From NCBI GenBank assembly GCA_964234715.1, contig OZ174280.1: a DNA stretch of 64,000 nt; one strand, written 5' to 3'. This document shows positions 11,288-24,692 of the stretch, in pieces. Both the position numbers and the translations under genes were made by a program. This DNA is from Podarcis melisellensis. Taxonomy: Eukaryota. Below the pieces are notes generated by a model that searched no databases, was not told the DNA's origin, and was given only the letters and a program-made list of their open reading frames with translations. Each line of letters begins with the position of its first letter. Within the stretch, counting starts at the first letter, position 1.

Positions 11288-13599
11288 TATCAGCTTTCTA
11301 AAATTGTTGATGGTGATACAGAAAGGAATAATTAGAATGGTATTTTATTCTTCCTGCGTGTTTTGGGTCATCTGTGAGCAAATGACATTACCTGAAGTGC
11401 ATTTTTAGTCCACCATTTGTGTGACCCATTGGGAATGGCTTCTCTAGACATTTTACCTCTCATTTCTGGAGGAAAGTGGCTCATTGGTCACACTGACCTA
11501 GGCCCAGATTAACATTCCTTGAGTCATACCCATTTCAATGATGGACTCTTTGTCATAGCCATTTCCTGCACCTCCCGAGGTAAACATGAAATGCTTCCCT
11601 CTCCTTATTGACATCTCCTGGTGTGTGTGCTTGTGGGTGGGAGGGGAGAACTTATCAATTTTGCCAGCAGTGTCCTCTTTCCCTTTCCTTCAAAGCAGAT
11701 ATATATTTTTAATCAGTGCTGGTGCACATAAACCATGCCTTTTGAAACTGACATGGTTTTCTCTAGCTTTAATTTCAACAGATGTTAGAAAGGGGCAATG
11801 GTAGAATTGACAGTGTATCAGATTCACTGGAAACCAAGTGGTTAGATGTTGAAGGAAGTGGCGATGGGCGGGTGGGGAAGGCATGCAGAAGGAGGGGGTA
11901 ATACCTTGTCAGACTGTCACCAACCATGCCATGAAGGTAGTTGTGGGCCAATATGGGTCTGCATTTGAGGTAGACAAGTGAGAAAGTAACTGGAACTGGC
12001 AAAGATTCCCAGGTGATCTTCAAACAAAAAATCTTCAAGAAAAGGTGCCATAGTGATCTTGAGTATGCATTCTAAGAGACTGGATCAGCTTCTCAGATCA
12101 ATTCACTGTTTATGCCAGCATTGTGAATGTTATATGTAGGAAGAAATAAGCAGCATACTAAATGCTCTTTATGTAAAGAAGTATTATGAAGACATGAATT
12201 GCTACAGCTTTGACCATTTCTTTTTTATATCATTATTTCAGCTTATTAGCCCTGTCTTGAACCACCATTGACATTGACCTTGATGCCCCAAACAGCAATA
12301 ATCTGTGCAATCCTATGTATATTTATCTACTTAGAAGTCCCACTGTGTTTGATGAGACTTGCTACCTAGTAAGTGTGAATACGATTGCAGTCCAAAATAA
12401 TTTCAAGATGCAAGAACTACACTCTCTGTCAAACATGCCAGATGACAATGTCAGTTGAAATCATCCGTTTCCAGATGGGGGTATTCTGAGATCTAAGAAA
12501 TTCAATGAGCATATTAAGTTTTCCATGTAACTTATGAGGATTAATTCCAAATTAAAAATAAATATAAGCAAGCTGTGGGCCAGTCTTTTTGCATAAACAT
12601 TTGAAATGACCACAGCAACCTCAGATGGCCCCAATATTTCCAGTCTGTAGGCACTGGTCAAGTCAAGCTTCTCTAAGATACTTTAGCTGTTGCAAACAAA
12701 TAAACAACAACAACAAAAAGGAAATAAATTGAAAATCTGCTCCGAAAGGAATGGTAAAGTAAGGCATCTGTTTAGACCTCTTTGAAACTCCCAGTCAATA
12801 CCAGAGTCTTTTCCTATGAAAGTCTGAATTTGTTTGTATTTCATATAAATCAGTTGACCTGGTCTCAGCAGCACTGCCTTTCAAATTGTTATATTCATTT
12901 CATTCCGAGCTTATTTCTTCCACAATTGGTCTCTGAGGTTTTATTTGCTGGTTCATTTCTTTCAGCCTGCAGCAAGCTTTGCTCTCTTCACCCACCCTCT
13001 GCTTCACGCAGCTCTTCTGGGTCTTCTGGTCTACAAAAGGTCAGGTTGTAGTGGTTTGTTTTTAGATTTGGGCATTGGACTGTTTCCTACTCGTGCCATG
13101 CAAACCCAAGCCATTCATTTCAGGAAGAATGCAACACCCTGTAGAAAGAAAAACCTACACAGAAATTATGGGAATGCCTTGAACAACACTCTTTAATAGA
13201 ACTGTCCTTGCCTCATATAATGTACTTGCTTCGCATTCAGAAATGTTCATTGGCAAATATAGCAATAATGGACATGACCAAACATTCCACAGCTTTTTCT
13301 TCCTCTCCAATGGCATATTAATCTTCTCCTTGTTTTCCAATATGATATGCATTCATTATACACCGGAGAAAATGAGTTCAATTTAGCTAAGGCTGCAAGG
13401 ATTGCTCAACTATATCAATTAAATGGTGCAATTAACTGAATAATTTGTATATCAGACATTTGTTAAGTGCATTCAAAGTCTATTCCTGGGCTTGTAACAG
13501 CAATGTGCAGTTATTCACGGCATTCTTAAACAAAGGAATGTGTTGATTAGTTAGCGAAGATGCTCCTCTTTCAGTTGTTAATACTGGGCCTTATTTCAG

Positions 13600-13652
13600 T
13601 TGCCAGCTCATACTCGGGAGACTGCAACACAGTTCAACACTGCCGAAAGGTG
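13600..13652 (+). CDS. Candidate internal exon (53 nt), + strand gene
   Basis: Acceptor ccttatttcag| and donor GTG|gtgaga. With the 97-nt exon it totals 150 nt and restores phase. Reads VASSYSGDCNTVQHCRKV or SCQLILGRLQHSSTLPKG. Confidence 0.5.
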
Positions 13653-14794
13653 GTGAGACCTCTTGGCTTCTCCTGCTCTATCTACTCCATCTCTTTCCTC
13701 AGCCTCTTCACATGCAAAACAAAAATCCTGATAAGATATGAGGAAAAGAACTGAACAGGAGAAACTTGGTTTGTTTTTGCACCTCTTAAAGGGTTAGTGT
13801 AGCAAATTTAGCCTTATTGCTTCTATAGGCGTGATTGCTCTGTGGCCATTGCAAGCTGCATTGTACCCAAGATGCAGCGCAAAGCTCCCTGATGCAGCAC
13901 CAGAATTCTGCCCAAATGTTGATGCTTTAACAGTTATATCCCAAGGATTATGCATAAAGGGGGCTTTTAGTCTCCCCTTTTTGGTGGCAGTCCCCACAAA
14001 GACACCTCTAAAGTTTAGAAGGCACATGCATAAAAATTCATGTATTGGTGATTACAACATTGAAGATTGCATGACCATAGTAGGGGGAATTGCTTGCAGA
14101 AATGTGTATATGGGGCAATCCTATCCAAGAGTTTACCTCACCTCTCTGCACCAGAAGTGGGATAATAGTTAAATATTGGCTCCTGCCTTTATGTCCGCCC
14201 CCCACAATTGAATTTTGTCAGTGCGGGAGGTGTGCCAGGGAGGAGGGATTGAACCCATCTTCCCTCATGCAATTTGGTTGTGTATGACTCTGTTGCTGTG
14301 GATCTCTATTGATCTTACATACAAAGCTCAAAGGCTGTGTCCCATTGAATCCCTTCACAAAGGGAATGAACATAAGAAACAGTATTGGTAAAACATAATG
14401 AAATGAAACTAGAAAGATAAAGCCAAATTCATGTTCCAGACTCATGCTGTTTTCATCTTTGTAGGTCAACTGTGCTGCAAAAATCAAAATTTATACATAG
14501 TTGTGTAGGGCAAGGAGATACGGGGGGGGGGGAAGCTTGGTGAATGAAGTTAAAGGAAAATGGATAGTAAATGGATCTATATTGTGAAACAAAAAGTACC
14601 ACCTGGGTCAAGCTGTTGTTTCATCTACAGCAGCTTGACCCAAAAAACAGTTCTTACCCAGGTTCTGGGAAAGCTTGGATGTGTGAGTGTGTATGAAAAA
14701 TAATAATGAATGATGAAACAGAGTTTTACTGTGTTTGACAGTAAACTCCTAGGACCTAGAACATAAATGTTTGCAATACAGTTTGTTTGCCTTG

Positions 14795-14804
14795 CACACA
14801 GACA

Positions 14805-14850
<46 letters not shown>
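14795..14850. repeat. Compound (CA)n(GA)n microsatellite
   Basis: Read directly from the sequence. Confidence 0.95.
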
Positions 14851-14854
<4 letters not shown>

Positions 14855-17800
14855 GATGACATTTAGGGTGGTAGAAAAGACAAAAACAAAGCTTGAACAA
14901 ACTGTCAGGCTCATTGACCTTATCTACCTTACAGTACTAAAAACCTAAATAAATACGCAGAGACCTGGGCCGGTCATGGCAAGAGAACTGACTTGCCTCG
15001 CTTGCCTTGGTCTGTTTGAAAAGTGGCTCAGTGAATCTTCAGGAAACAAGGCAAAGCCTGCAAAGAGCGTTTCTTAAGCTGGGTTTGTAGACAGTGGTGA
15101 ATTCTTAGCACTCATGAAACCACCAGAACACAAGAACTTTGATGTCCATTGGGGGGATATCAAAGGCGTTCTAAAGCAGATATTGACACTGGTAGCCATA
15201 GGAGCTAAGGCTGCAGCTAATAATGGTTTTTCAGATTTGCAATCCAAATATACATGCATTATTGAATCAAAATGGACAACTCCATAACTTTTGTTGTCAA
15301 AATTGGCTGGAACATTTATCTAGTTTTGCTCAGAGCCTGGGGGCCTCATAGCTCCCTTATGCCCAAGATACCTGGAGCCTGGATTTGTAAACGGGACTCG
15401 GGGACTGTGTAGCTCACTTGGCCTGATTCCTCTGGAATTGCAATAGATTTTGTTGAGCACCTACACAAATCCCACAGCATGTTCTGCATCTGCAGACAAC
15501 CAAACCCTACCACCAGATTTGGAAGGGCATTCAGTGTCATTTTGATTCAGCATGTGACTGGTCATGTGTTCCTCTTAGTTGCATGCATGGGCTCACAAGC
15601 ATTCTGATGCTTTTCACTGCAATTCATGTTCCGCATCCTCACCTTTGACTGTTCAAAGTGGCATCACACTTTCAGTTCTATACGCACTTGCTTTAGAGTA
15701 AGCTCCATTGACTTCAGTGGGGTTTAGTTTTGAGTAATGAGCATAGCTTTGGTTTGCCCTACCTCCTGGAGCCTGAAATAGCCTTAAAGATTTCCCAGCT
15801 TCTTTGTTTTTCAAGCCCAGAGATGAGCCGATTCATTAGAATAACCAGAGAAGAAGTTTTCAAGGAAGGCGAGAGGAAGTGAATTTTGAGGCAAAAATAA
15901 CAAAACATCTTGAATTTTTACTTCTCTGCATTGAAATAATACATGAGAGAACATGCTGGTTAAAGCCAGAGCTTTATAGATAAAGGTCACATGTTGAACG
16001 TTTGCATAAATTTGCCGCACAGATTGCTTTGACATGTTGCATTCTGTAAGCACAGGCTCTCCTGTGGTGCTTCAGAGCAGCAGATACACATGCTCAACCT
16101 GTACAGCCATGGAGCATCATTTGCCTCTTGTGAGATGGTTTCCTTAAAAGCACAATGCATTTCCATTGAACTGAGAGTAGAGGATTTTTCTTCCTTTTAC
16201 TTTTTGGTCTTTCTAAGGCAGAACTGCTTTACCTAGCCAAAGATACTATTTTCTTCATAAGAGGTTCAATGGTATGCACATGGGCTTTCAACAGTGTCAG
16301 ACTCTAACGCCCTTGCTCTCCCTCTGCTTATTCAGCACCCATTTCCCTAACTTTTTGAGAGCTTGTAGGAGATGATGTGAGTGAGAATACTTGGAACACA
16401 CAAGATGCATCAACCAGACCAACCAAATATGGTATAGCAATTTGTTGTTTTATCCTTCTTTCATTCCAAGGAGCTGAAAGCATCATTTTAGCCATCGCAG
16501 CCTTATGGCACATTTGTCCAGAGCTTCTTCAGTGTGCATGAAGAATAACCACACGTCCCTTTTGTCCTGCTCTTTCCATTCACAGGTTTGCACTTTAAAG
16601 CTCTCATTCCCTTTGCGAAAACTTGCTCTTTAAAGCTGAATTGGAGCAAATGGCTATTTGGGTTTTTAATGGATTACCACTTGGTCCGATTCAGCTTTAA
16701 AGAGTGGCGTATTGTGGAGCAAAAAAAAGGGGGGGGCTGAGATACAGAGCTTTAAAGTTTGGGTCATGCCTGGAAAGTTCTGAGGAAAGGTGTGTCTAAG
16801 CCCTCAGTCCTGTGCATGTTATTTCATAGAACTCAATAAGACATACTTCTGAGGTGATATGCATAGGACTGAGAAGTTATTCTCTCTTTCTACACATGCA
16901 TATAGAAAATGCCCATTTTCTTTAGTAGCAAGGGTTGGGAGGGGATTAATGACAAGAGCTGGATTCAACTATAAATTATCTTAAAGGCATCATTGCATCC
17001 AGTGGCCGTGGGTTCAGTTTTTTAAGCTAGTATTTGCATGGGGGGGGGGGAGTGGGAATCCCCCACTGGTGCCAATGGGTAATTTCCTTCCAAATTAGGA
17101 AAAGCACCAGCTTCAGAAAATGAATTTTCCATAGGACTGCAGTGGTAGAGAAAAAAGTTAACTGCTCCTCTCTGTATCTCTTATGATTCCATTAACTGAC
17201 ATTCACCCCTCAGCTGATGTGATTTGTATTTTTATAAAATAGAAAATCTGCACACTAGATGACGCAAAGGGACACTTAATATGTAGCTTGGTCCTCAGCT
17301 GCATAGTGTCTTCCGCCTCTAGTTAAGGATTGGCACCGTATCTGTATTTGTAGAGCTGTGTGTGTGTGTTTAAATTAATAAAATCATTTCTGGGTTAGGG
17401 ATCAATTCCAGAGAAAGAAAGGTGTTTGTGGGAGATGGCAGTGTGAGAGCCTAATTGAACAAGACTGAAGTTCCAGGGATTTGTAAGTGGAACAGGTGAA
17501 AATGGCAGTGGCGATAATTTAATACTAATTACTTCCATCCTAGCAACTGTCTGCCAGGTGCTCTAAAGAACAAGAAAAGAGAGCTAGACATGCACAGATC
17601 CCTGGCCCAGCTTTTCCTGACAGGACAGGTGTGGGTAAAGGATCGCTTTAGCAAAACCTCGGTGCCTATATTGTGAGTTTTATTTTTGCTCACTTTGTCC
17701 ATCATTTCATTTATTCATTTATTTGCTTCCTTAGTTACATTTATATCATGCCTTTCAGTCTAAGACCATTTGCTGTCATGTTTTATGAAGCAGATGAAAA

Positions 17801-18884
17801 GAAATTAAAATTACCTATATGAAGCAACACCACAACTGGATCAACATACACTACACTGGGGGAGGGGGGATATGAAATCACAGCGGGAGCATGAAAGCAG
17901 AAATGGAGGCACAATAATAAATAAATGCTATGTTAGTTCATTAGTCCTATTCTATAAAAAAGGGGCCACCAAGCAGAGAAAGGTCGGCCCTTGTAGTCCC
18001 TGTGATTACTTAAAACAAATGACAATTTTGGTTTGATTTCTGTCACTCTGTGACTTGTTTTCATGTTGCCTCAATGCAAAGCCTTAACACAAAACTCTTG
18101 TAGTAGAAGATCCTCAGGGCATAAGAGAGAGAAGAAAAGAAGCAATGTATCTTGTATGTAAAGAATGTACCCCGAAGGAAGTCTCTCATTAGAAGAGCAT
18201 CCATGGAAACATGGCATTGAACAGGAAGTAAAACCCCAGCAGCCAAGTTGAAGAAACCCCTCTTACCTTTGCCACACATCTTAAGAGGCTTCAGTCAATA
18301 AGCGTGGCTGCTTTCCACAAGCTTTGACTCCAGCAAGACGGAGTGCAGAGCAGATTGTAGCCATGACTGCCAAGTAGGTGGCAGAATATTGCTATGGGGA
18401 AGGTGACTCATCCTTGCATAAGAGTCAGCCCATGTTCAGCATTCAGCAGCAGCGCAGTTGGGTGTCAGCTGATAAATACTGGGCACAAAGAAGTACGATA
18501 CCACTGCTACAATGTTCTCTTTAAAGCCCAGCGTAGCAGAGTGACTGGAGCTTTGGGCTTGGATGTGAGAACCCTCCATTCATTTTGCTGTTCAGCTGAA
18601 AAACACTGGGGCAGCCCTGGGCAAGCCATGGTTTCCTGCCCTACCCTGGTTGTGATAGCTAAAACGCTGTTTCAGTGCTAAGGAAGGAAGGAAGGAAAAA
18701 ACAAACAAGTGTCTCTGATATATAATCCTCTATCCCTTCATCTCCTACAAATTCTCCAAAAAATAAGCAGAGGAAGATCTGTGGCATGTGGGGTTGGCGC
18801 TGTTGGAAGCCCATGGATGAGCCCTGGGATGTCCTAGCTTTGCTGCTCCATCTCCCCTTTCTTGTTGTTGCCTGGTGAAGTGTT

Positions 18885-19020
18885 GTTGCTCAGGGATACA
18901 GCATCTGCTTTGCATGCAAAGGATCCCAGTTTCAGTCCCCAACATTGCCAGGAAGTGCTGGGAGAGAACCCTGGAGAGCTGCTGTAGTCAGCACTTGAGT
19001 AATTTATAAGGTGGATTTCA
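18885..19020 (+). mobile_element. tRNA-derived SINE fragment, same family
   Basis: gctcagggatacagcatctgctttgcatgcaaaggatcccagtttcagtccc...ccctggagagctgctg. Confidence 0.65.
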
Positions 19021-19539
19021 GAATCTAGTAACAGAATTTTTAGATCAGAATTCAGAATTGATATACCTGTATTATTATTATTAATTTTAAAAAACCAAAG
19101 CCTGGATACCAGGAATTCAACGTAGTGCTTCTGCGATCACTCCATCAGTACATCAGCTCTCCATGTGCTGTTTTGGGGGTTCGACTAACCCCTGCAACCT
19201 AATTGGGATGTGTGCAGGGGTTGTATGGGGCAAGGAGAGGGAAGGGGATAGCCCTATAGCACAAGTCTTTGCATGGGCCCCATTAGATGAATCCACCCCC
19301 ATTTGGGGACCATTTTGATGACGAAGCTTGGAGCAGCCTCACTGATTCTCTGCTGCCAAGGACAACGCAAGAGCTAAAGATTATAGCATGACAATGAGAC
19401 CTTCTCAATCTATTTCCAGGCCCATGCAAAAAGAATAACAAAAAACCAAATCCAATGGTGTGTCCAACTTCACATTTCAGATCATGTAAACAAAACTTTC
19501 ATGGGTCTGCAATCCTTTCTATAATGCAAAACGCTCTGT

Positions 19540-19665
19540 GCCATACACACTGACAGGCCAGTGTTCTCCAGGGTTTGAGGCAAAAGTCTCTCCTAGCCCT
19601 AACTGGAGATATTGGGGTTGGGCCTAGGACCTTCCACATTCAAAGCCGATGCTATGGCCCTTCTC
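19540..19665 (-). mobile_element. tRNA-derived SINE fragment, same family
   Basis: ctccagggtttgaggcaaaagtctctcctagccctaactggagat...ggaccttccacattcaa is the reverse complement of the head and body. Confidence 0.6.
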
Positions 19666-19834
19666 CTAGTTCATAGATGCCCTACAAGGAATTGATTTGG
19701 CTCAACACAGTTCAGGTCATGTGATCTGTTCCAGGGATAATTGAACCCGTGTTGTTTACTATCTCATCACAATGGAAACCTGACAAATTGTGCTTTTGTT
19801 TATTTTCTCCATGCTCCCCAGGCGATGTGCAGGG

Positions 19835-19971
19835 CAGCCTTTCCAAACTTGGCACCCTCCAGATGTCTTAGACTACAGCTCCCATCATCCCTGACCATTG
19901 GTCTAGCTGGCTGGGACTGATGGGAGTTGGATGTCAACAAGATTTGGAGGGCACCAGATTTGGGAAGGCTG
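19835..19971. mobile_element. Palindromic hAT-like MITE of about 135 bp. Further copies near 7117-7190, 40830-40955, 42648-42752, 43765-43890, 45573-45680 and 53625-53752
   Basis: cagcctttccaaa...ccctccagatgt...gactacagctcccatca / tgatgggagttg...ggagggcac...tttgggaaggctg folds back on itself. The same core recurs at the listed sites. Confidence 0.8.
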
Positions 19972-20162
19972 AGGTTGTATTATCCTATCACAGTTCTGGC
20001 ATGGACTGAAATGTCCTAAGCGCTGAACTGTGAAAGGGAAGAAAAACGGTTAGCCTCTAGGACAAAATGGCAATATTTAAATGCATCTCTGGTGCATTGC
20101 CTGTGAACAAACATGAAACCTTAAATAGCATACTTAAGAAAGGTTTCATCTTTGTTTTTCAG

Positions 20163-20264
20163 GAGAATGGCCATAGGAGCTCCTGCTGCAATGATTCTAT
20201 GAGCCAACTGGATCAGTTAAGCATGCTCCCCACCGCCATCAATTCTGGTTTTGTCGCTTTGTAG
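20163..20264 (+). CDS. Candidate coding part of the terminal exon, + strand gene
   Basis: Strong acceptor tttcatctttgtttttcag|. Phase 0 gives ENGHRSSCCNDSMSQLDQLSMLPTAINSGFVAL* (TAG 20262-20264); phase 1 gives GEWP* (TAG 20174-20176). No strong donor seen nearby. Confidence 0.5.
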   Translation, partial: ENGHRSSCCNDSMSQLDQLSMLPTAINSGFVAL

Positions 20265-20699
20265 GGATATAAAAGAGGAACAGAGAGCAAAAGTACCAGT
20301 TGTGCTTTTCCAAGCAGAGCCACGATGAAAGTGGTTTAACGGGGTTCAGGCGGAGAGGGTGTGGCAGCTTGCCAGTGTTTAAGCCAAAGCAAACTGCTGT
20401 CAACATGGAAATGGCTGAAGAGGCTGACCTCATGCCTCCTAGGATTAAGCTGAAATCTTGCTGGCGCCATGGTGGGAATATTGAAAGGAGCTGTAATCCT
20501 GCCAGTTTGAATGAGCCAAACTGGCAGGGCCCATGCGCACAACCAGCAGCTGAATGGGATCTCTCCCCCTGCTCGCCCCAATATTAACAAATGAGTAGAA
20601 GCTGCTTAGGGCTGTAAGAAAAAAAGATGCAGGCAGCCAGGGAAGCGGGGGGTGGAGGGGAGGCCAAATTGCCTGCTACCTGGAAGAGCGCAATTGTGT

Positions 20700-20940
20700 G
20701 AAGGCTGCTGTTATGAAATTGCTGCACCAGAATAATAGGCGAATTGTTCCAATGCCTTCCACTTCTCCTGTGGATTAACTGACTTTACATTATTTCCCAG
20801 TGATACACGCTGTATTATTTATTGCCATAATCAGTAAGATCCCAATGCCATAAATAACTCGGATCCGACGATGTGACTTTGCTTTATGGACCCACATTAA
20901 TGGTTTAAATTAGATTTCATAGGAAGCAGCTATTGCCTTG
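20700..20940. promoter_or_regulatory. Candidate enhancer or conserved non-coding element, rich in homeodomain motifs
   Basis: TTTATTG (20818-20824), CCATAAA (20848-20854), TTTATGG (20883-20889) and several TAAT/ATTA cores, with retained CpGs and no repeat similarity seen. Confidence 0.35.
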
Positions 20941-21982
20941 TGTCTTCCACGAAGATGCTCAGATTTCCTTGCATCTCAACTCCGGCCCTCCGTCTGTGAA
21001 ATGTTTTTTTATAGAGAAAGGAGCAGAAATCCTAAAATATATTGACTTGTGTGAGTACAATCAACCAAGGGAAGTGTATTACAAGAGGGAGGATCACAGG
21101 CCATTTATGTTATGGGGAGCCACTTCCCTCCAAGGATACAAATGGGTGACCTTTACTTGCAGCGTTAAATGCCCAGGGGTCATTTGTGCAAGACACAGGG
21201 AGCTTTAACTGGAACAGGCCAATCTCATAATGGCTGTGTCAGCCACAGCAGTGCTAGAACAGGCTTGTGCTGCAGCAGTTAAAATAGCATTTTATGTGAT
21301 GTTAATGGTTCAGAGTCACACAGATATGTCCTGCTTGCCAAATACATCACCCCCCAAAGACATCTTGGCACCAGATGTTGCTGGCACAAAGGGCTATAGC
21401 TAGGGATGGATGTGGGAGAGGGCTTCCTTCCCCAGGGAAACTCCAGACCCATTCGTTGAATTTTCAGCTCTCAGTGAACTGGGTCCTCTGAAGATCCATT
21501 TATTTGAGCAGACCTTTAGAGGATATCAATGGTTGACCTGGTTGTGGTATTGCTGTTATTGCTTCTGCTGGTTTCTTGTTGTTGTTCTGTTCTTCTGTTT
21601 TGATTTGTGGCTGATATTGTCATTCCTGTTGTGTTTTATTATACCCTGCCCTAGGATCACTACTGCGATGGAGCGGGTGGGGAATAGCCATGTCTTTTCA
21701 ATAAGCCGGTCAGTCGGTAATAGTGGGAAAGGAATTCTGAGGGTTCCAACAGTGCCTGAAAATGAAAGGCACCGAGGCTCAGATTAAGTCAGCAGCCATG
21801 CTTTGCTGCTCTTCCCATCCCAGCCACTGTAGGCACTAAAGGGGAGGGGATTGTGCCCTAGTGCTGGAATATTCCCTTGTATCATTCCTAGAAATTGTGC
21901 CAGTGCTACTACATGTTAGAGAAGAAAATCAGAGGCAGAGCTATACAGGCAATACCCAGCTTGGACCACCACATCATAATAT

Positions 21983-21984
21983 AA

Positions 21985-22015
<31 letters not shown>

Positions 22016-22335
22016 AATAAATTATATGCAACCCACTGAACTGGGTTGCCCAAGTCACCCTGGCTGGTTTCCAAAGATTAAAACACAGTAAGACATCAAA
22101 CATTAAAAACTTCCCTATACAATGCTGCCTTCAGATATCTTCTAAAAGTCAGATGGTTGTTTATTTCCTTGACATCTGGTGGGAGGGATTTCTGCAGGGT
22201 GGGGGCGACTACCGAGAAGCCCCTCTGCCTCACTTCTTGCAGTGAGAGAACCACCAGAAGGCCCTTAGCGCTGGCCCTCAGTGTCTGGGCTGAATGATGG
22301 AGGTGGAGATGTTCCTTCAGGAATGCAGGGTTCAA
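21983..22335 (-). mobile_element. L2 LINE 3' fragment with simple-repeat tail
   Basis: ORF 22096-22335 (LKEHL...TLRASAKGLLVV...RGFSVVAPTLQKSLPPDVK...TFRRYLKAALY) matches the L2 ORF2 C-terminus. An (ATG)n/(ATA)n tail lies at 21983-22020. Confidence 0.85.
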
Positions 22336-23413
22336 ATCTGTTTAATTAATCAACCTGGACCAAGCAAAAAGACAAATCACAAGGGGGCAGAAAGGTGCTA
22401 CCATGATATCCTAGGGGATAAAATTTTCCCTCATGATCTTGCATAAGTCTAGTTAAAATTTCAGAAGGCACCTGTCCTCCTCAACTTCGTCTACGGTGTG
22501 AATGGAAGGCAATTTTGTATTCTTTTGTGAAGCTGTAAAGTATGTACACCTTCTGGTTCTCTCACAGTATGTGTCAGTCTCTGAAAATATATAAAGCAAA
22601 AATGAAAAAAGCAACATGCCTTGAAAAGGTGATGCAGGCATCATGAATGACTTCAGCCCTGCAGCATTTAAAAAGGTATAATGATCCGTAGATACTGCAA
22701 ACTATCATTTTATGCCTATTGTGATGATAGTAGGGTTTCTAGTCTACACCAGTATTACAAAGAGCTTCTGCCATTACGCTGTCTCAGGAAACCCAGTTGT
22801 CTAATAAAGACAAAAAAAGCATCTTTCTGTCTTTCTCTCTCCCCGCCTCTGTTCCACAAGTTCAGAAGGCAATGTCAGTAAAAGTTCTGGAACTACGGGG
22901 TGGGGGTTTCTTGCTACCTGGGATTGGGAATGGAGGAGAAATTGGTTTGGTCTGGATTTCGATACAAACCAACTAAATTTTCCAGTCCTGGACATATTCT
23001 GTGGGTTGAATGCACCTTTTTGATCGGATTGCACACTTCTCTGATTTTTGCAGTGCAGTTTTTGTTCGAAATGCAACAAAAAATGCTCACTTCATTGAAA
23101 ATATGGATTCAAAATGCATAATTTAAGGGGAAATGCATTGAAAAGCACATAAAAACATGTACTTTGGGTAAACAATGGTTGTACTAAATGTATACAATTA
23201 AAGTGCAGTATTTTGAAAAATCCTCAAAGTCTGGAACATAACAGACTATGACTGAATGCACACAAAACTTAATGTGGAAAGGAATTAAGGTGATCCATAA
23301 CTAAGTTAAGAATAGACAGTGAAAGCTTAAGATAACAATTTATAAGACTTTGGGGGAGAGAATCAGTGTATCGGTACTAACTGCTTGTTTGAAAATAACT
23401 TGAACATTTAAAC

Positions 23414-23779
23414 TAGTAATGGACAAATCTGTAAACAGTGGTTTCTCTCTGTTTGTCTTTTTCCCAGTGTTGACTTCACCATATTTCTGCATCAGTTTGT
23501 GATTTTGTTAAAAAAAAGTCCTCATGAAAATATATCAGTATTTTAGTGTGCATTTGTCCTAACAGAAGCATTTCTGCAAATACATTTTCATATGTCACTT
23601 TCACTACTATATACAGTTTCATGCAAACATTCCCCATGCATATGCCTTTCTGTACACAGTTTGGGTTGGAGAACTGCCTCACAAAATTCAGAGAAATGCG
23701 AATTTTGAAGGCTGTCATGCATTGTTTCAGAAAGTGTACATTAAAATACAAACTGAACCAAATTTCACCACCATCCCTA
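23414..23779. mobile_element. Same hAT family in the opposite orientation. A related fragment lies at about 22925-23240
   Basis: tagtaatggacaaatctgt ... ccatcccta, with TSD-like atttaaac / ctctaaac. Shares ccatatttctgc...aaaagtcctcatgaaaat with the 55636 copy. Confidence 0.75.
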
Positions 23780-24442
23780 CTCTAAACCTCCAAAATAAGG
23801 ACTGCTGTGGGAAACTGATGGATTCACTAGAGTTGTGGCAATCTGGAATAAGGTCCATAATGTCCCTTGTGGGTCTGATATTCTGGAATAGAGGGCTAAC
23901 CTTTAAAAAATAATGGATGCATTCTAAAGCATCCACAACCCCACAACCCTGTACTTATCTCAGATATTCAAGGAAGCCAAATGTGAAGTTGAGGAAATTA
24001 TGCCAGTTAACAAAACCTTCATTTGTTTTTAGATAAAGAAAATACCCACAACATGACCAAACAGGCAATGCATGCACCTTTATCAGATGAATATCACTGC
24101 TCATTAGCCATGAAGCTCTCTGGTATCATTTGAATGAGCATACCGTGAATTATATTTTTTGCCCCCACAAAAGCTAAGGTTGTTTGTTTTTTTGTCTGAT
24201 GAGGTAGAAATTCTTCAAAACTCATTATCAGTTTGAGCAATTTTACATATATAAGGGTGATGCCTGACCACAAAACTATTAAGAACCAGTTTTGGAGGGG
24301 CCTAGCTGACTGCTAGAGTGAAAAACAGCTCCAGATAAGATGCAAGGAGGCCATTGGATGAGTGTTTTCAAGGACTGTGGTTAGAGGAAGAGAAAGTGAG
24401 GTGTTGGGGTGACAAGTGGTGGCAGAAAGAAGTTGGCTAGAA

Positions 24443-24692
24443 CAGGGATCAGCAACCTAAGGTCCATGGACCACAAGTGGCCCATGGGGGTCGTTTAACT
24501 GGCCCATGGACCCCTGCTGCCCGCTCAGTTGGCTCCTGTGCGCTGCACTAAACTGGCACGGAGCAGAGCAGGGACTGCCTTCCGTGATGCTGGCTGGCTT
24601 CCCATTGGCTGCAGGAAGCTCCTGCAGCCAATGGGAAGCTGTGCACGCCTCCTCCACACTGGCAGGAGCCACAAAAACTTTGCCGACCCCTG
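24443..24692. mobile_element. hAT (Charlie-like) MITE, 250 bp
   Basis: TIRs cagggatcagcaa / ttgccgacccctg and a perfect 8-bp TSD ggctagaa at 24435-24442 and 24693-24700. Confidence 0.92.

Noticed and set aside
12171-12184. atgtaaagaagta matching part of miR-1
   Set aside because: The seed region is missing and there is no complementary arm of precursor length.
24195-24235. CTGATGAG...cttcaaaac as a hammerhead ribozyme core
   Set aside because: The required GAAA is absent (CAAA), stem II pairs poorly, and there is no convincing stem I/III with a cleavage triplet. At best it is a decayed remnant.
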